Part shown: piece after piece, positions 15,864 to 24,982 of the stretch
Layout of the letters: the number at the start of each line of letters is the position of its first letter
Numbering within the stretch: position 1 is the stretch's first letter
Assembly: GCA_002293725.1 (NCBI GenBank)
Contig: DBDU01000016.1
Coordinates: 1-60,544 of the forward strand
Reading direction: 5' to 3'
Length of the DNA stretch: 60,544 nt
Source: Patescibacteria group bacterium UBA924
GTDB taxonomy: Bacteria; Patescibacteriota; Microgenomatia; UBA1400; PJMF01
Notes under the pieces: model-generated
Database searches by the model: none
The model's input: the letters and a program-made list of their open reading frames with translations, nothing else
Told to the model about the DNA's origin: nothing
Translations under genes and position numbers: made by a program

Positions 15864-16874
15864 ATGAATCAAAAGAGTAGTTCCAATAATCTAATTAAAG
15901 ATACAATTCGGCTTTTCTTGACAGGCTTTTTGATGGGGTCTGCTGATTTAGTTCCAGGAGTTTCAGGTGGAACTGTAGCCTTCTTGCTTGGTATTTATGA
16001 AGAGCTCATTTACGGAATTAAAGTTACTAGTGGACAAGCACTGCGATTACTTATTAAAGGCAAGATTAAGGAAGCAATCGCTTTAGTTCCATTTCGTTTC
16101 TTTATTCCACTTGGTCTAGGTTTGGCTTCAGCAGTCATTACTCTTTCTGGCCTTATCACACACTTCTTGGTTACTTATCCATCACTCATGTGGGCGTTTA
16201 TTTTTGGACTATCAGTAGCTTCCATCATAGTAGTTAGTAAACGCGTAGTAACTTGGGATCTACATGACTATGTTGCTACTGCAGTAACAGCCGTGATTGC
16301 CTACTTTGTAGTAGGAATGGTGCCTGTTTCAACTCCTGACACTTGGCTAGCGTTCTTCCTCAGTGGAGTAATCGCAATTTGTGCCATGATTCTGCCAGGC
16401 ATTTCTGGATCATTTATTTTAGTGATTCTAGGTAAGTATGAACAAGTTTTAGGAGCGATATCAGATCGCAACTTCCTTGTAATATTTATTTTTGGACTAG
16501 GGGCGTTAGTGGGTATTGCAGTTTTCTCAAGAGTCCTGAGTTGGCTATTTAAAAAACATCATGACATCATTGTCGCTCTTCTCACTGGAATAATGATTGG
16601 CTCTTTGCGCAAAGTGTGGCCATGGAAAGAAACAATTTCTACTCGCTTAAATAGCCATGGGGAGCTCGTTCCACTTGTAGAGCAGAATGTTATACCAGAA
16701 GCATTTACAAATGATGTGCTCTTCTCGCTTCTGCTTTTTGGATTAGGAGTTATAACTGTGCTTGGCCTGGAGAAGTTACAGGCTACTAAAGAAGTTACTA
16801 CCGATATCGACAATCCAGCATTTACAAAAGAACATGCTAAAGCTCTCAAATCACAAGAGAGCCATCAAGTCTAA
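15864..16874 (+). CDS. DUF368-family membrane protein (PopT-like polyprenyl-phosphate transporter family)
   Basis: Duplicated GSADLVPGVSGGTVAFLLGIYE / LPGISGSFILVILGKYE motifs. About 8 TM segments. Confidence 0.75.
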   Translation: MNQKSSSNNLIKDTIRLFLTGFLMGSADLVPGVSGGTVAFLLGIYEELIYGIKVTSGQALRLLIKGKIKEAIALVPFRFFIPLGLGLASAVITLSGLITHFLVTYPSLMWAFIFGLSVASIIVVSKRVVTWDLHDYVATAVTAVIAYFVVGMVPVSTPDTWLAFFLSGVIAICAMILPGISGSFILVILGKYEQVLGAISDRNFLVIFIFGLGALVGIAVFSRVLSWLFKKHHDIIVALLTGIMIGSLRKVWPWKETISTRLNSHGELVPLVEQNVIPEAFTNDVLFSLLLFGLGVITVLGLEKLQATKEVTTDIDNPAFTKEHAKALKSQESHQV

Positions 16875-16927
16875 TTACGATTTGAGCTCCATTTTACTTG
16901 TGTGAGTTCTGTTGCTACGATCTTGGA

Positions 16928-17917
16928 ATGACAGATGAACAGCAACGAGCCACCACCGAAGTTGCTTCTCAAACCCCAGAACACTCTGCAGCACCTGACG
17001 TTCCCCAACCTAAAACTTCCCTTTCCATAAATGAAGCGGAAGTAAAAAGATGGATTACTAGCGAACCTAATCCCCAGTTTCAAGAAATCAAACAAAAGTT
17101 AGTCGACAACTTGGCGCTCGTCCCACATGAGGTTTTCCTTTCAGCACTGAAACGGTGTGTTTCCACATTAAACGAAAAAATCCAAGGGAGTGATTATGTA
17201 GTTCTGTGGGACAGTAAGCCACATTCCTCTAAGCGATGGGTCTACGAGCAAGCTCAACCTGAGCTCACTACCCAACCTGTGCAAGAAACGTACTTTGGCG
17301 TGTACGATGCGATGGAAGATTTTGAGTCTTTCAGAGAAATCTTAGACAAAGGCGTTGACACTTTTGTAGTGATGGATGATGCAATTTACTCGGGTGAGCA
17401 GTTTCGCAACGCAACTCTAAAGAAACTCATTGAGGTGTATAAAAAGTTTGGCTACTATCCATCCCGATTTCCTAAGATCCTTTTAGTTGCACCATACTCC
17501 ACCCGAACTTTTCAAACCAATGAAGTAACACAAGCTGCCCAAGAACAAGGCATTTTGACTCTTTTAACTGAGCAGACAATGCCTACTTTAAATGATGTTC
17601 TCTCTCCGGCAGAGAGACAGGCTATTCAAGAAAGAGGTGGGACGCTTGACCTTCCTGAAGATGCTAAAGAACGGGGGATGCTTGATCCCAATGATAACCA
17701 AGTCTTTTTTGGAGCAACGCTGACAGCATTTGACCATCGTGTAGCCGACGCACACTCTTTCTGTGAGCCACTCGCCTATAGACTTGGTGTCCAAACCGAT
17801 AAACCATATGCTGACTCAACAACTTCGTACTTTGATAAAGAAGAACAAGAGTATAAAGCCTACCAAACAAAAAGACTCCAAAAAGCTGAAGAGATTAGAG
17901 CACAAAAGACGACATAG
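16928..17917 (+). CDS. Hypothetical protein with PRTase-like PRPP-loop motif
   Basis: FVVMDDAIYSGEQF resembles the phosphoribosyltransferase motif (hydrophobic x4, DD, xxx, S/T-G). The ATG at 16928 is preferred over the TTG at 16898. Confidence 0.4.
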   Translation: MTDEQQRATTEVASQTPEHSAAPDVPQPKTSLSINEAEVKRWITSEPNPQFQEIKQKLVDNLALVPHEVFLSALKRCVSTLNEKIQGSDYVVLWDSKPHSSKRWVYEQAQPELTTQPVQETYFGVYDAMEDFESFREILDKGVDTFVVMDDAIYSGEQFRNATLKKLIEVYKKFGYYPSRFPKILLVAPYSTRTFQTNEVTQAAQEQGILTLLTEQTMPTLNDVLSPAERQAIQERGGTLDLPEDAKERGMLDPNDNQVFFGATLTAFDHRVADAHSFCEPLAYRLGVQTDKPYADSTTSYFDKEEQEYKAYQTKRLQKAEEIRAQKTT

Positions 17918-17961
17918 TTCTTTAGGTTTACACCACTGTCTGAAGTTGATACAACAACTAC

Positions 17962-18888
17962 ATGACTTCATTTCTTCCCCTCCATACCGGCCAGCAGTTC
18001 CCAATCTTAGGACTTGGAACTTGGAATACCCCCAAAGACAAAGTGGGCACTGCGGTAAAGTTTGCTCTCCAAGAAGCCGGCTATCGTCATCTCGATTGTG
18101 CCAGTATCTACGGGAACGAGAAAGAAATTGGTGCAGCACTAGGTGAGCTGTTTGCTAGCTCTAGCATAAAGCGTGAAGACATTTTTATTACCAGTAAGTT
18201 ATGGAACACTGACCATGATCCTGCTGATGTTGAAGCAGCGTGTCGCAAAACTTTGCACGACCTTCAACTTGAGTATCTTGATCTCTACTTAGTTCACTGG
18301 GGCATCGCTTTTCCCCACGGTAAAGACTTAGAACCACTTGATCCACAGGGTAAAGTGAAACGTATTCCAGTTTCTATTCAAGCAACTTGGAAAGCAATGG
18401 AGAGCTTAGTGGATAAAGGCTTAGTCAAGGCAATCGGCGTCGCAAACTTTACGACTACGATGTTAATTGACCTGCTTACCTATGCCGTAATCAAACCTGC
18501 AACGAATCAGATTGAGCTTCATCCCTACAACGTCCAAGCAGGATTAGTAAAGTTCTGCCAACAAGAAGGAATTGTAGTTACTGCGTACTCACCATTGGGT
18601 TCACCAGGCGGTCTCAGAGAAGGTGATCCTACTTTGCTCGATGATGAGGTAGTCCAGCAGATTGCTCGTGTCCACAAAAAACCAGCTGCACAGGTGTTAA
18701 TTAGCTGGGCTTTACAACGGCAAACGGTTGCCATACCTAAAAGTGTCTCACCAGAACGAATCTTGGAAAATATTGGAGCATTAAATCTTGAATTGAGTGA
18801 AGAAGAAGTCAGTCGCTTAGACCAACTAGATAAGAAGTATCGTTTTGTGAACCCAAGTAGATGGTGGGGAGTCTCCTACTTTGAGTAG
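17962..18888 (+). CDS. Aldo/keto reductase family oxidoreductase
   Basis: GYRHLDCASIYGNEKEIG, LVHWG, NQIELHPY and AYSPLGSPG motifs. Confidence 0.85.
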   Translation: MTSFLPLHTGQQFPILGLGTWNTPKDKVGTAVKFALQEAGYRHLDCASIYGNEKEIGAALGELFASSSIKREDIFITSKLWNTDHDPADVEAACRKTLHDLQLEYLDLYLVHWGIAFPHGKDLEPLDPQGKVKRIPVSIQATWKAMESLVDKGLVKAIGVANFTTTMLIDLLTYAVIKPATNQIELHPYNVQAGLVKFCQQEGIVVTAYSPLGSPGGLREGDPTLLDDEVVQQIARVHKKPAAQVLISWALQRQTVAIPKSVSPERILENIGALNLELSEEEVSRLDQLDKKYRFVNPSRWWGVSYFE

Positions 18889-18903
18889 CGTGATGCTGCA
18901 ACT

Positions 18904-20202
18904 ATGGTTATCATCGGACACGATCAAGAGTCATTTCTCCAGATGGAGCCGCAAGAGCGTAAGCGTCGGGAGATTGCTGACTTAGTATATGCGAGTGACG
19001 ACGTTCGCCAACGTATTCGTAACCACGCCTTTGATCTGCCGAATGGCAAGTTAGCTCCTTCCGAGCAAGTCTTTTGGCAGATTCATAATCTCCATGCTGG
19101 CAAGAACTTTTACCGAGCAATTAATGTTGACCACTCTGGCCAACAGATCAGTGAAAACGTGCAAACGCTCGCGAACTACTTTTCCGAGTCCGAGTCTACG
19201 GACCAAGTTGGAAGGCTGAGAACAGTTTCGACGAGTGTTGATGGCTTTTTAAATGTACACGTTGAGTCCTTACCTACTTTAGAACGTGCATTTTTTGCCG
19301 CGATCGATAAGCTCCTTCAGCTCTCAAACCTCACCGAGCTGCCACTGGAAACTAAGCTACAGTTCTTAGCTCGAGTCGAAGTTATCCAGACACTTTGTCA
19401 CTTTCCAGTTGATTTGTCTGGCAGAACGATTGAAGACTTCATGGTGTATATTGCGGATCGAATGGGGGTTCAGCTCACGTTTTCCGAGTCAGGATTTCGA
19501 GGATTTATTAAAGGAGAAACAATTGAAGAAGCAGATCGCTGGCGAGATAGGCTCAGACGCGCTACTCTCCAAGAAATCACAGCCAGTGCAGTTGATCTTT
19601 TCCCTGATATTCCCGAAGAAGCTGCGCGTCAATTTGTCCATGGTTTGTATAACAAAAATACCCAGTCACCGCTGGAAAGTACTCAAGAAGCGGCAGAGTT
19701 TCTCTCTGAGTTCGCCTTAGATACAGGCGTTTATAACTCGACACAACAGCTAGAAGTTGTGGACACGTCTTACTATCTTTTACGCCACGAACTCTCGAGA
19801 TTAACGACAGAGTTAATTGGCACATTTTTCCTCCAAACAGAAGGATCACTGTGGGAAGTTTTTCATGAACAGCTTGATGAGTTTGTGGAAACACTTGAAA
19901 AAGGAACGCGAACAACCTATCACGAAGATCCTCATTACGGACTTGCTTATGTCATGAAACATCTCTCAATGGCACAAGGGAGTATCTTCAAGAGTGATTA
20001 CGCGGAAGCTTGGACAGAAGTGGAAAAAGCTGCTCAGCTTTTACGAAAGGTAACCGTTAAAGTTGAGAAGAGACAACAGGCAGATCGTCAAACTGTTGAT
20101 CAAACATGGTTCTTAACTCACTTCTCCAAAAAAGTTCAGGCGGTGTATCGCCTCTTAAAGCAGTACGAACATAAAAAAGAAAAAGTTGTAACAGAAAGCT
20201 AA
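18904..20202 (+). CDS. Hypothetical protein (degenerate Fic-like motif)
   Basis: 432-aa helical ORF. HFPVDLSGR at 19399-19425 matches H, D, G and R of the Fic motif HxFx(D/E)GNGR. Confidence 0.4.
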   Translation: MVIIGHDQESFLQMEPQERKRREIADLVYASDDVRQRIRNHAFDLPNGKLAPSEQVFWQIHNLHAGKNFYRAINVDHSGQQISENVQTLANYFSESESTDQVGRLRTVSTSVDGFLNVHVESLPTLERAFFAAIDKLLQLSNLTELPLETKLQFLARVEVIQTLCHFPVDLSGRTIEDFMVYIADRMGVQLTFSESGFRGFIKGETIEEADRWRDRLRRATLQEITASAVDLFPDIPEEAARQFVHGLYNKNTQSPLESTQEAAEFLSEFALDTGVYNSTQQLEVVDTSYYLLRHELSRLTTELIGTFFLQTEGSLWEVFHEQLDEFVETLEKGTRTTYHEDPHYGLAYVMKHLSMAQGSIFKSDYAEAWTEVEKAAQLLRKVTVKVEKRQQADRQTVDQTWFLTHFSKKVQAVYRLLKQYEHKKEKVVTES

Positions 20203-20285
20203 AAAAGGTGCGTCTCAACTGTTTATTGACCATCACCATTTTTATGAAATAATCCTGAAGCTAGCAATTTCACATTTAAGGTAGT

Positions 20286-21344
20286 ATGACGCGTCTCGAG
20301 ATAAATCGTCCCACCACGGATGAGTCTGAAGTCGTGGGGCAACGTTCAACAGAAATTCAACCAGAAAACCCTAATATTGGGGCTTTAGGTTCTGCTGGCT
20401 ATCAGCAAGATAGCTTACGTGTCAAAGGCTTCTGTGCTGAAATTATCCACGATGCTGACGTCTATCTTCATCACCTCGCTACTCGAGTCCTTCCTGTTTT
20501 GACAGATAATCCGACTGCTACTCGAATTATCGATCGAGCTATCATGAAACGAGGACTGACAGTTCCAACTGAGGGACTTTCGGTTCCTCTACAACGTGAA
20601 GTTGTCGTTCCCCTTGGTGGTGAGTGGGAAGGATATGATTGGGTGATGACCGGTGCACACATGCCTGGCCGCCGACTTTCAGAAGGAACAAAAACTGCTT
20701 TAGTAGACCTTGCCAATCAAGCTGCACAGTTAAGTTACGAAGCCCCCAAAGCACTTCCACCTGGGTTTTCAATGGAACGCATTACTGCCGAAAATGTTAC
20801 TTTGACTGATTTAGAAACCCTCGCTGCTATTTTTGGAGCTGCGTTTAAAACATACATTAGTCCACTTAGTACGCCAGCAGACGTGCAAGCTTGGGTCTCT
20901 AGCGAGGGTATCTTCCCAGTAGTCGTCCGTAATGAGCGAGGTCGAATCGTAGCCATTGCGAATGGTGATATGGGCGAGATCATGATTAGCGGCAAACCAT
21001 TCAAGTTTTTAGAGATTGGTGACTCCGCTGCTGATACACAGTACCAAATGCTGGGCTTAAACCGAAATATCAAACATCACATTATTGGTCAGGCTATCGG
21101 GATGGGCTTCCACTCTGTTCACACTGAGACTCGCGCAGCCTGGGGCTCACCCAACTTTGGTAATGCTAAAAATGGGATGGATTATCGTGGTACGCTATTC
21201 TTAAACTGTATGATTAGCGGAGAAGAAGAAGTCGCCGAAACTCAAGATCCAGAAATCGACGAGAGCTCACGCGTAATGGGCAGTTTAAATGTTTGGGCAA
21301 TGACCGAGGCCAATCCTCACTGGAAGCGATACACGGAAAATTAA
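20286..21344 (+). CDS. Hypothetical protein, C-terminal half GNAT-like
   Basis: IVAIANGDM...FLEIGDSAADTQYQMLGLNRNIKHHIIGQAIGMGFHSVHTE resembles the GNAT beta4-alpha3 core. AAGGTAG RBS. Confidence 0.4.
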   Translation: MTRLEINRPTTDESEVVGQRSTEIQPENPNIGALGSAGYQQDSLRVKGFCAEIIHDADVYLHHLATRVLPVLTDNPTATRIIDRAIMKRGLTVPTEGLSVPLQREVVVPLGGEWEGYDWVMTGAHMPGRRLSEGTKTALVDLANQAAQLSYEAPKALPPGFSMERITAENVTLTDLETLAAIFGAAFKTYISPLSTPADVQAWVSSEGIFPVVVRNERGRIVAIANGDMGEIMISGKPFKFLEIGDSAADTQYQMLGLNRNIKHHIIGQAIGMGFHSVHTETRAAWGSPNFGNAKNGMDYRGTLFLNCMISGEEEVAETQDPEIDESSRVMGSLNVWAMTEANPHWKRYTEN

Positions 21345-21347
21345 GAT

Positions 21348-22484
21348 ATGCCACAACAGCTCCTTTCCTCTCTAGTGGCAATTGACTCAGTCTTCCCTAA
21401 AGAGAAGGCGCTGAGTGAGTTTATTCAAGCCTGGGCAAAAGACCACACCAGTTGTGAAGTTCGCACCCAGCGTGTCGATGATGGTCGTTTTAATGTCATT
21501 CTGACTAAAAAAGCCAAGCACTCTACTGGCAAAGCTATCTTGCTTGCTGGTCACATCGATACTGTCCCCGTAGTAAATGGTTGGTCACAAGATCCTCATA
21601 CACCGACGGTGAAAGATGGCAAACTAGTTGGGCTCGGAGCTTGGGACATGAAAGCTGGTAACGCGGTTCTGTTGGAGTGTGCCAAAGAGTTTACCCCTGA
21701 ATACCTTGATCTAGTTATTGCCTTTACTGTTGATGAAGAGAACTACTCCGCTGGCGCACACGCCTTAATTGATGGTGGTTTTTGTGAAGGTGTGCAGTAT
21801 GTGCTCGTACCGGAACCTGGCTTTACGTATGGTGACAGTGGTATCACTATCGGCCGAACTGGTCGTGCTTCTTTCTTAGTAAAGATTATTGGCAAGTCTG
21901 CACATGGCAGCTTTCCCCAAGAAGGAGTGAACGCTATTACCCAGGCGGCTCGCTTCTTAGATGAGGTGAGTGCAATCAAGTTTGCGCACGATGAAGACAT
22001 GGGCGATACGATTGCCTATCCTCGCTACATACACTCACTTGCCCCTGGCTTTTCGGTTCCTGACGTTTGCGAGATTGAGATCGACTGCAAGATGGTACCC
22101 CCTGACACTGCTACCTCGGTGCTGGCACAGCTGCAAGATATGGCTAAGAAGTTGCATAAGAAGAAGGTGCTTCTGCACCTACCTGAAATTCGCTTTAAAC
22201 CACGCCCAACCCCTTTTTGCTCTCCATATAAACTGGATCGAGAGTCAGCGTTCGTTAAGACCTGCCAAGAGATAGTCAAAGAAGTGAAAGGTAAAGCGGT
22301 GGTCTTCATCCGAGAGTCAGTAGCTGATGAGTGCATCTACGCTGAAAGACTCCAAGTCCCTGCCATCTGCATCGGTCCTGCCGGTGGAAATGCGCACCAA
22401 GCCGATGAGTATGTTGAGCTCAAGAGTGTTGAAGACCTAAAAAAAATATATCTCAACATTTTAGATAAATTAGATATTAGATAG
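21348..22484 (+). CDS. M20-family metallopeptidase/deacylase (ArgE/DapE/ACY1 type)
   Basis: LLAGHIDTVPV, GLGAWDMKAGNA and VDEENYSAG motifs. The gene starts 3 nt after the upstream stop. Confidence 0.75.
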   Translation: MPQQLLSSLVAIDSVFPKEKALSEFIQAWAKDHTSCEVRTQRVDDGRFNVILTKKAKHSTGKAILLAGHIDTVPVVNGWSQDPHTPTVKDGKLVGLGAWDMKAGNAVLLECAKEFTPEYLDLVIAFTVDEENYSAGAHALIDGGFCEGVQYVLVPEPGFTYGDSGITIGRTGRASFLVKIIGKSAHGSFPQEGVNAITQAARFLDEVSAIKFAHDEDMGDTIAYPRYIHSLAPGFSVPDVCEIEIDCKMVPPDTATSVLAQLQDMAKKLHKKKVLLHLPEIRFKPRPTPFCSPYKLDRESAFVKTCQEIVKEVKGKAVVFIRESVADECIYAERLQVPAICIGPAGGNAHQADEYVELKSVEDLKKIYLNILDKLDIR

Positions 22485-22507
22485 CAGTTGCTATAGAAAA
22501 GACTACA

Positions 22508-23659
22508 ATGACAGTTAAAGAAAATGTACAAAGAACGCCGGATGATGCCGACAACTTACCGGTTAACGGAGAAAGTGCTATGCCAACTCATGAATCAACT
22601 ACCGAGTTTCTTGATCACTTAGATACGATGACTCGAGTGTTTGAAGGCTGTGGCAACATGTTGGGCATCGTGCCCTTAACGGCCGCTGGATACGAGCCAA
22701 GCGCTGATTTTCGCCAAGATGCTACTCTTCGTGCTCACTTGGCTCAATGGGGTAGACAGATTCAAAGTGATAGTGTGATGGTGTTGGTTGGTGATCCTCG
22801 CAATCGCGAAGCCCAAGGCTATCACACCTTCATGTATGTCTTTGAACCCAATGGCAGTGATGACTCAGGAATGGACGGTGGTGTCTCTACCATGTGTGGA
22901 AACGGTATCCGCGCTGTAGCAGCGTATATCCACGAGCTCGATCCTCAAGCTGAGCGCGCTGAGATCATGGCCATGAGTGGGCTTCGTTCAGTAGAGTTTG
23001 TGGACGACATGTATGCTGTCCAGATGGGAACGTTGACCCAAGCTGAAGAAGACTTGGCTAACTACATTAAGCCAGGAGCACTAGAAACCACTAATGGTGA
23101 GTACTTTAACTCACCTATCCCTGAACCTATCGTTCAGCGGCTAGCCGAGCATGGCATTAATGCTCAAACCTGGAGCATTGGTTTTAATGGTGATCGTGAC
23201 GAAAACGGTAATATTGATGGCGAGCCACACTTGATCATCGAAGTCCCCGCTGACCAAGTAAAAGACATTGTGCAGTTACGCCAGTTGGCCGTAGAAGCAG
23301 GCCCAATTATCACTAAAGACACTGCTCGCTTCCCACGCGAGATCAATGCTAACTTTATTGTAGTCCAAGGATTAGACAGCGAGACGGGAAAGCTTCATGT
23401 ATTGATTGCCACTCATGAGCGAAATCTGGGTGACGATGCGGATCATAGTGTTACCGCGGCTTGTGGAACCGGATCCACGGTCTCTGCTGGCACGGTACTA
23501 GGTCGATACGCGCCAGATGTACCAGACCAAGTCATTGTGGTTCACAACACTGGTGGAGATTTAGAGATCTCAAGAGACACGGACAACCCTCAACGTTTGG
23601 TAATGGTTGGTCCAGCTAACGCTTGTGACGTCGAACCACCTACTACTGTCGAAGAATAA
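22508..23659 (+). CDS. Diaminopimelate-epimerase-family protein (DapF-like, extended)
   Basis: Both catalytic-Cys motifs are present (NGSDDSGMDGGVSTMCGNGIRAVA and TAACGTGSTV), as are GEPHLIIEV and GGDLEI. There is an N-terminal extension plus insertions (383 aa). Confidence 0.6.
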   Translation: MTVKENVQRTPDDADNLPVNGESAMPTHESTTEFLDHLDTMTRVFEGCGNMLGIVPLTAAGYEPSADFRQDATLRAHLAQWGRQIQSDSVMVLVGDPRNREAQGYHTFMYVFEPNGSDDSGMDGGVSTMCGNGIRAVAAYIHELDPQAERAEIMAMSGLRSVEFVDDMYAVQMGTLTQAEEDLANYIKPGALETTNGEYFNSPIPEPIVQRLAEHGINAQTWSIGFNGDRDENGNIDGEPHLIIEVPADQVKDIVQLRQLAVEAGPIITKDTARFPREINANFIVVQGLDSETGKLHVLIATHERNLGDDADHSVTAACGTGSTVSAGTVLGRYAPDVPDQVIVVHNTGGDLEISRDTDNPQRLVMVGPANACDVEPPTTVEE

Positions 23660-23670
23660 GAAATAGCCTT

Positions 23671-23710
23671 CGTAGGCGAGTCAGACATTCTGTCTCGCCT
23701 ACGCTGTTTT
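23671..23710 (+). terminator. Rho-independent terminator after the DapF-like gene
   Basis: Perfect 10-bp stem CGTAGGCGAG / CTCGCCTACG with a 13-nt loop, followed by CTGTTTTACTT. Confidence 0.6.
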
Positions 23711-23750
23711 ACTTCAACTTCCATATCCGCTACCATGAATACTGCAGTTT

Positions 23751-24425
23751 ATGCATCATCCATGGCGCACTCTTATCCTACTTTGGTTAGTTCTTTTAAC
23801 AATTGGTATAGCTGTAGTAGGTTGGAGCGTATTTCAATCACGACAAGAGATTCTCTCGATCGTTGACCAAAAACAAAGGACAAGCGGTAATCAAGAAGAG
23901 CAACCCTCTGACACCTTTTCTCCTGAATCACTTCAAGCTGAAGTAGCTTCGTTGAGCACACAAGTTCAGCAGCTTACACTTCAAGCTACCGCCGCGGGAA
24001 GCACGAAAACAGTCGTAGTGAATAACACCACCACTACCGTCACTCCACCTGCTTCATCAGGGAAAGTTCGTGAAGAGTTTTTACCCATGGGAGGCGGCAG
24101 CACTAACAACCGCGACTGGACGAATATGACCGCAGCTCAAATCATGTTTGACCCCAAGAAATTTGGTCAAGTTATGAGTGTCCGATTTGAAGCAGCGGGC
24201 TCGATTATTGGTGGTGAAGTACATGCTCGTCTGATTGACGTTACCCATAACGTGATCTATTACAATACGGAGCTGGTGATGAACACTAGTACGCCTACTT
24301 GGGTGAGAAGTGCGAAGTTCAGTATTCCTAACTCACCTGCCACGTATCAGGTTCAATTGCTTTCTACCAGCGGCGAAACTGCCTATCTCGAAGGTTCTCG
24401 TTTGGTCATTGAGAGTAAGTACTAA
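23751..24425 (+). CDS. Membrane-anchored hypothetical protein
   Basis: N-terminal TM helix (LILLWLVLLTIGIAVVGWSVF), a coiled/Thr-rich linker, and a beta-rich C-terminal domain. Confidence 0.5.
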   Translation: MHHPWRTLILLWLVLLTIGIAVVGWSVFQSRQEILSIVDQKQRTSGNQEEQPSDTFSPESLQAEVASLSTQVQQLTLQATAAGSTKTVVVNNTTTTVTPPASSGKVREEFLPMGGGSTNNRDWTNMTAAQIMFDPKKFGQVMSVRFEAAGSIIGGEVHARLIDVTHNVIYYNTELVMNTSTPTWVRSAKFSIPNSPATYQVQLLSTSGETAYLEGSRLVIESKY

Positions 24426-24827
24426 CTAGCTCGCCAAGATGCTGTACACAATCTGCTCAACTTCATCTCTGACCTTTCGTGCGGCTTGAAGCTGGTAAGC
24501 CGAAAGGTCTTTGACTGGTTTAAATACTACTCGTCGTAGTTTGAGTAGAAAAGTTGGACAGAGTGCTCGATCACACAGGACCACTACTTTTCTGGCTTCC
24601 TGACACATTTCAGGCGTTAAGAGCTTAATCTGATGATGACTGATATCAACCCCTCGCTCTCTCATTACTGTGACGGCTTCGGGAGGAAGTGCGTTGTTTA
24701 CCTTAGCCCGTACATCCACCACTCCAGCACTGGTTGCAAAGTCCGAGTGGGTTAAGAAGTTATAAAAGCCTTCAGCCATCTGGCTTCTGCCAATATTCGC
24801 TTGGCAGACAAACAAGATGTCTTTCAT
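24426..24827 (-). CDS. LMW-PTP-fold protein, thioredoxin-coupled ArsC-like arsenate reductase / phosphatase
   Basis: CQANIGRSQMAEG P-loop (CX5R-S) and a distal LCDRALCP Cys pair. The ATG at 24827 with AAGGAAG RBS is chosen. The longer ORF to 24920 would read through an intrinsic terminator. Confidence 0.7.
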   Translation of the reverse strand: MKDILFVCQANIGRSQMAEGFYNFLTHSDFATSAGVVDVRAKVNNALPPEAVTVMRERGVDISHHQIKLLTPEMCQEARKVVVLCDRALCPTFLLKLRRVVFKPVKDLSAYQLQAARKVRDEVEQIVYSILAS

Positions 24828-24842
24828 CTCTTCCTTTCCGAC

Positions 24843-24868
24843 AAAAAAAACACCTCTGTTGGAGGTGT
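24843..24868 (-). terminator. Intrinsic terminator inside the 5' leader of the ArsC-like gene (attenuator)
   Basis: The minus strand reads ACACCTC-CAACA-GAGGTGT followed by TTTTTTT. It sits 15 nt upstream of the ArsC-like ATG and is bracketed by the promoter at 24983-25010. Confidence 0.65.
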
Positions 24869-24982
24869 GATTCTTGCCGTGACGTATATATTTTTTTAGC
24901 TTATACCAGCAACAACACACCTCTCTGAAGAGGCTTCTTACCGTTTCGCTTGAATTGAGCGGTAATGTGTTGCATCGACACG

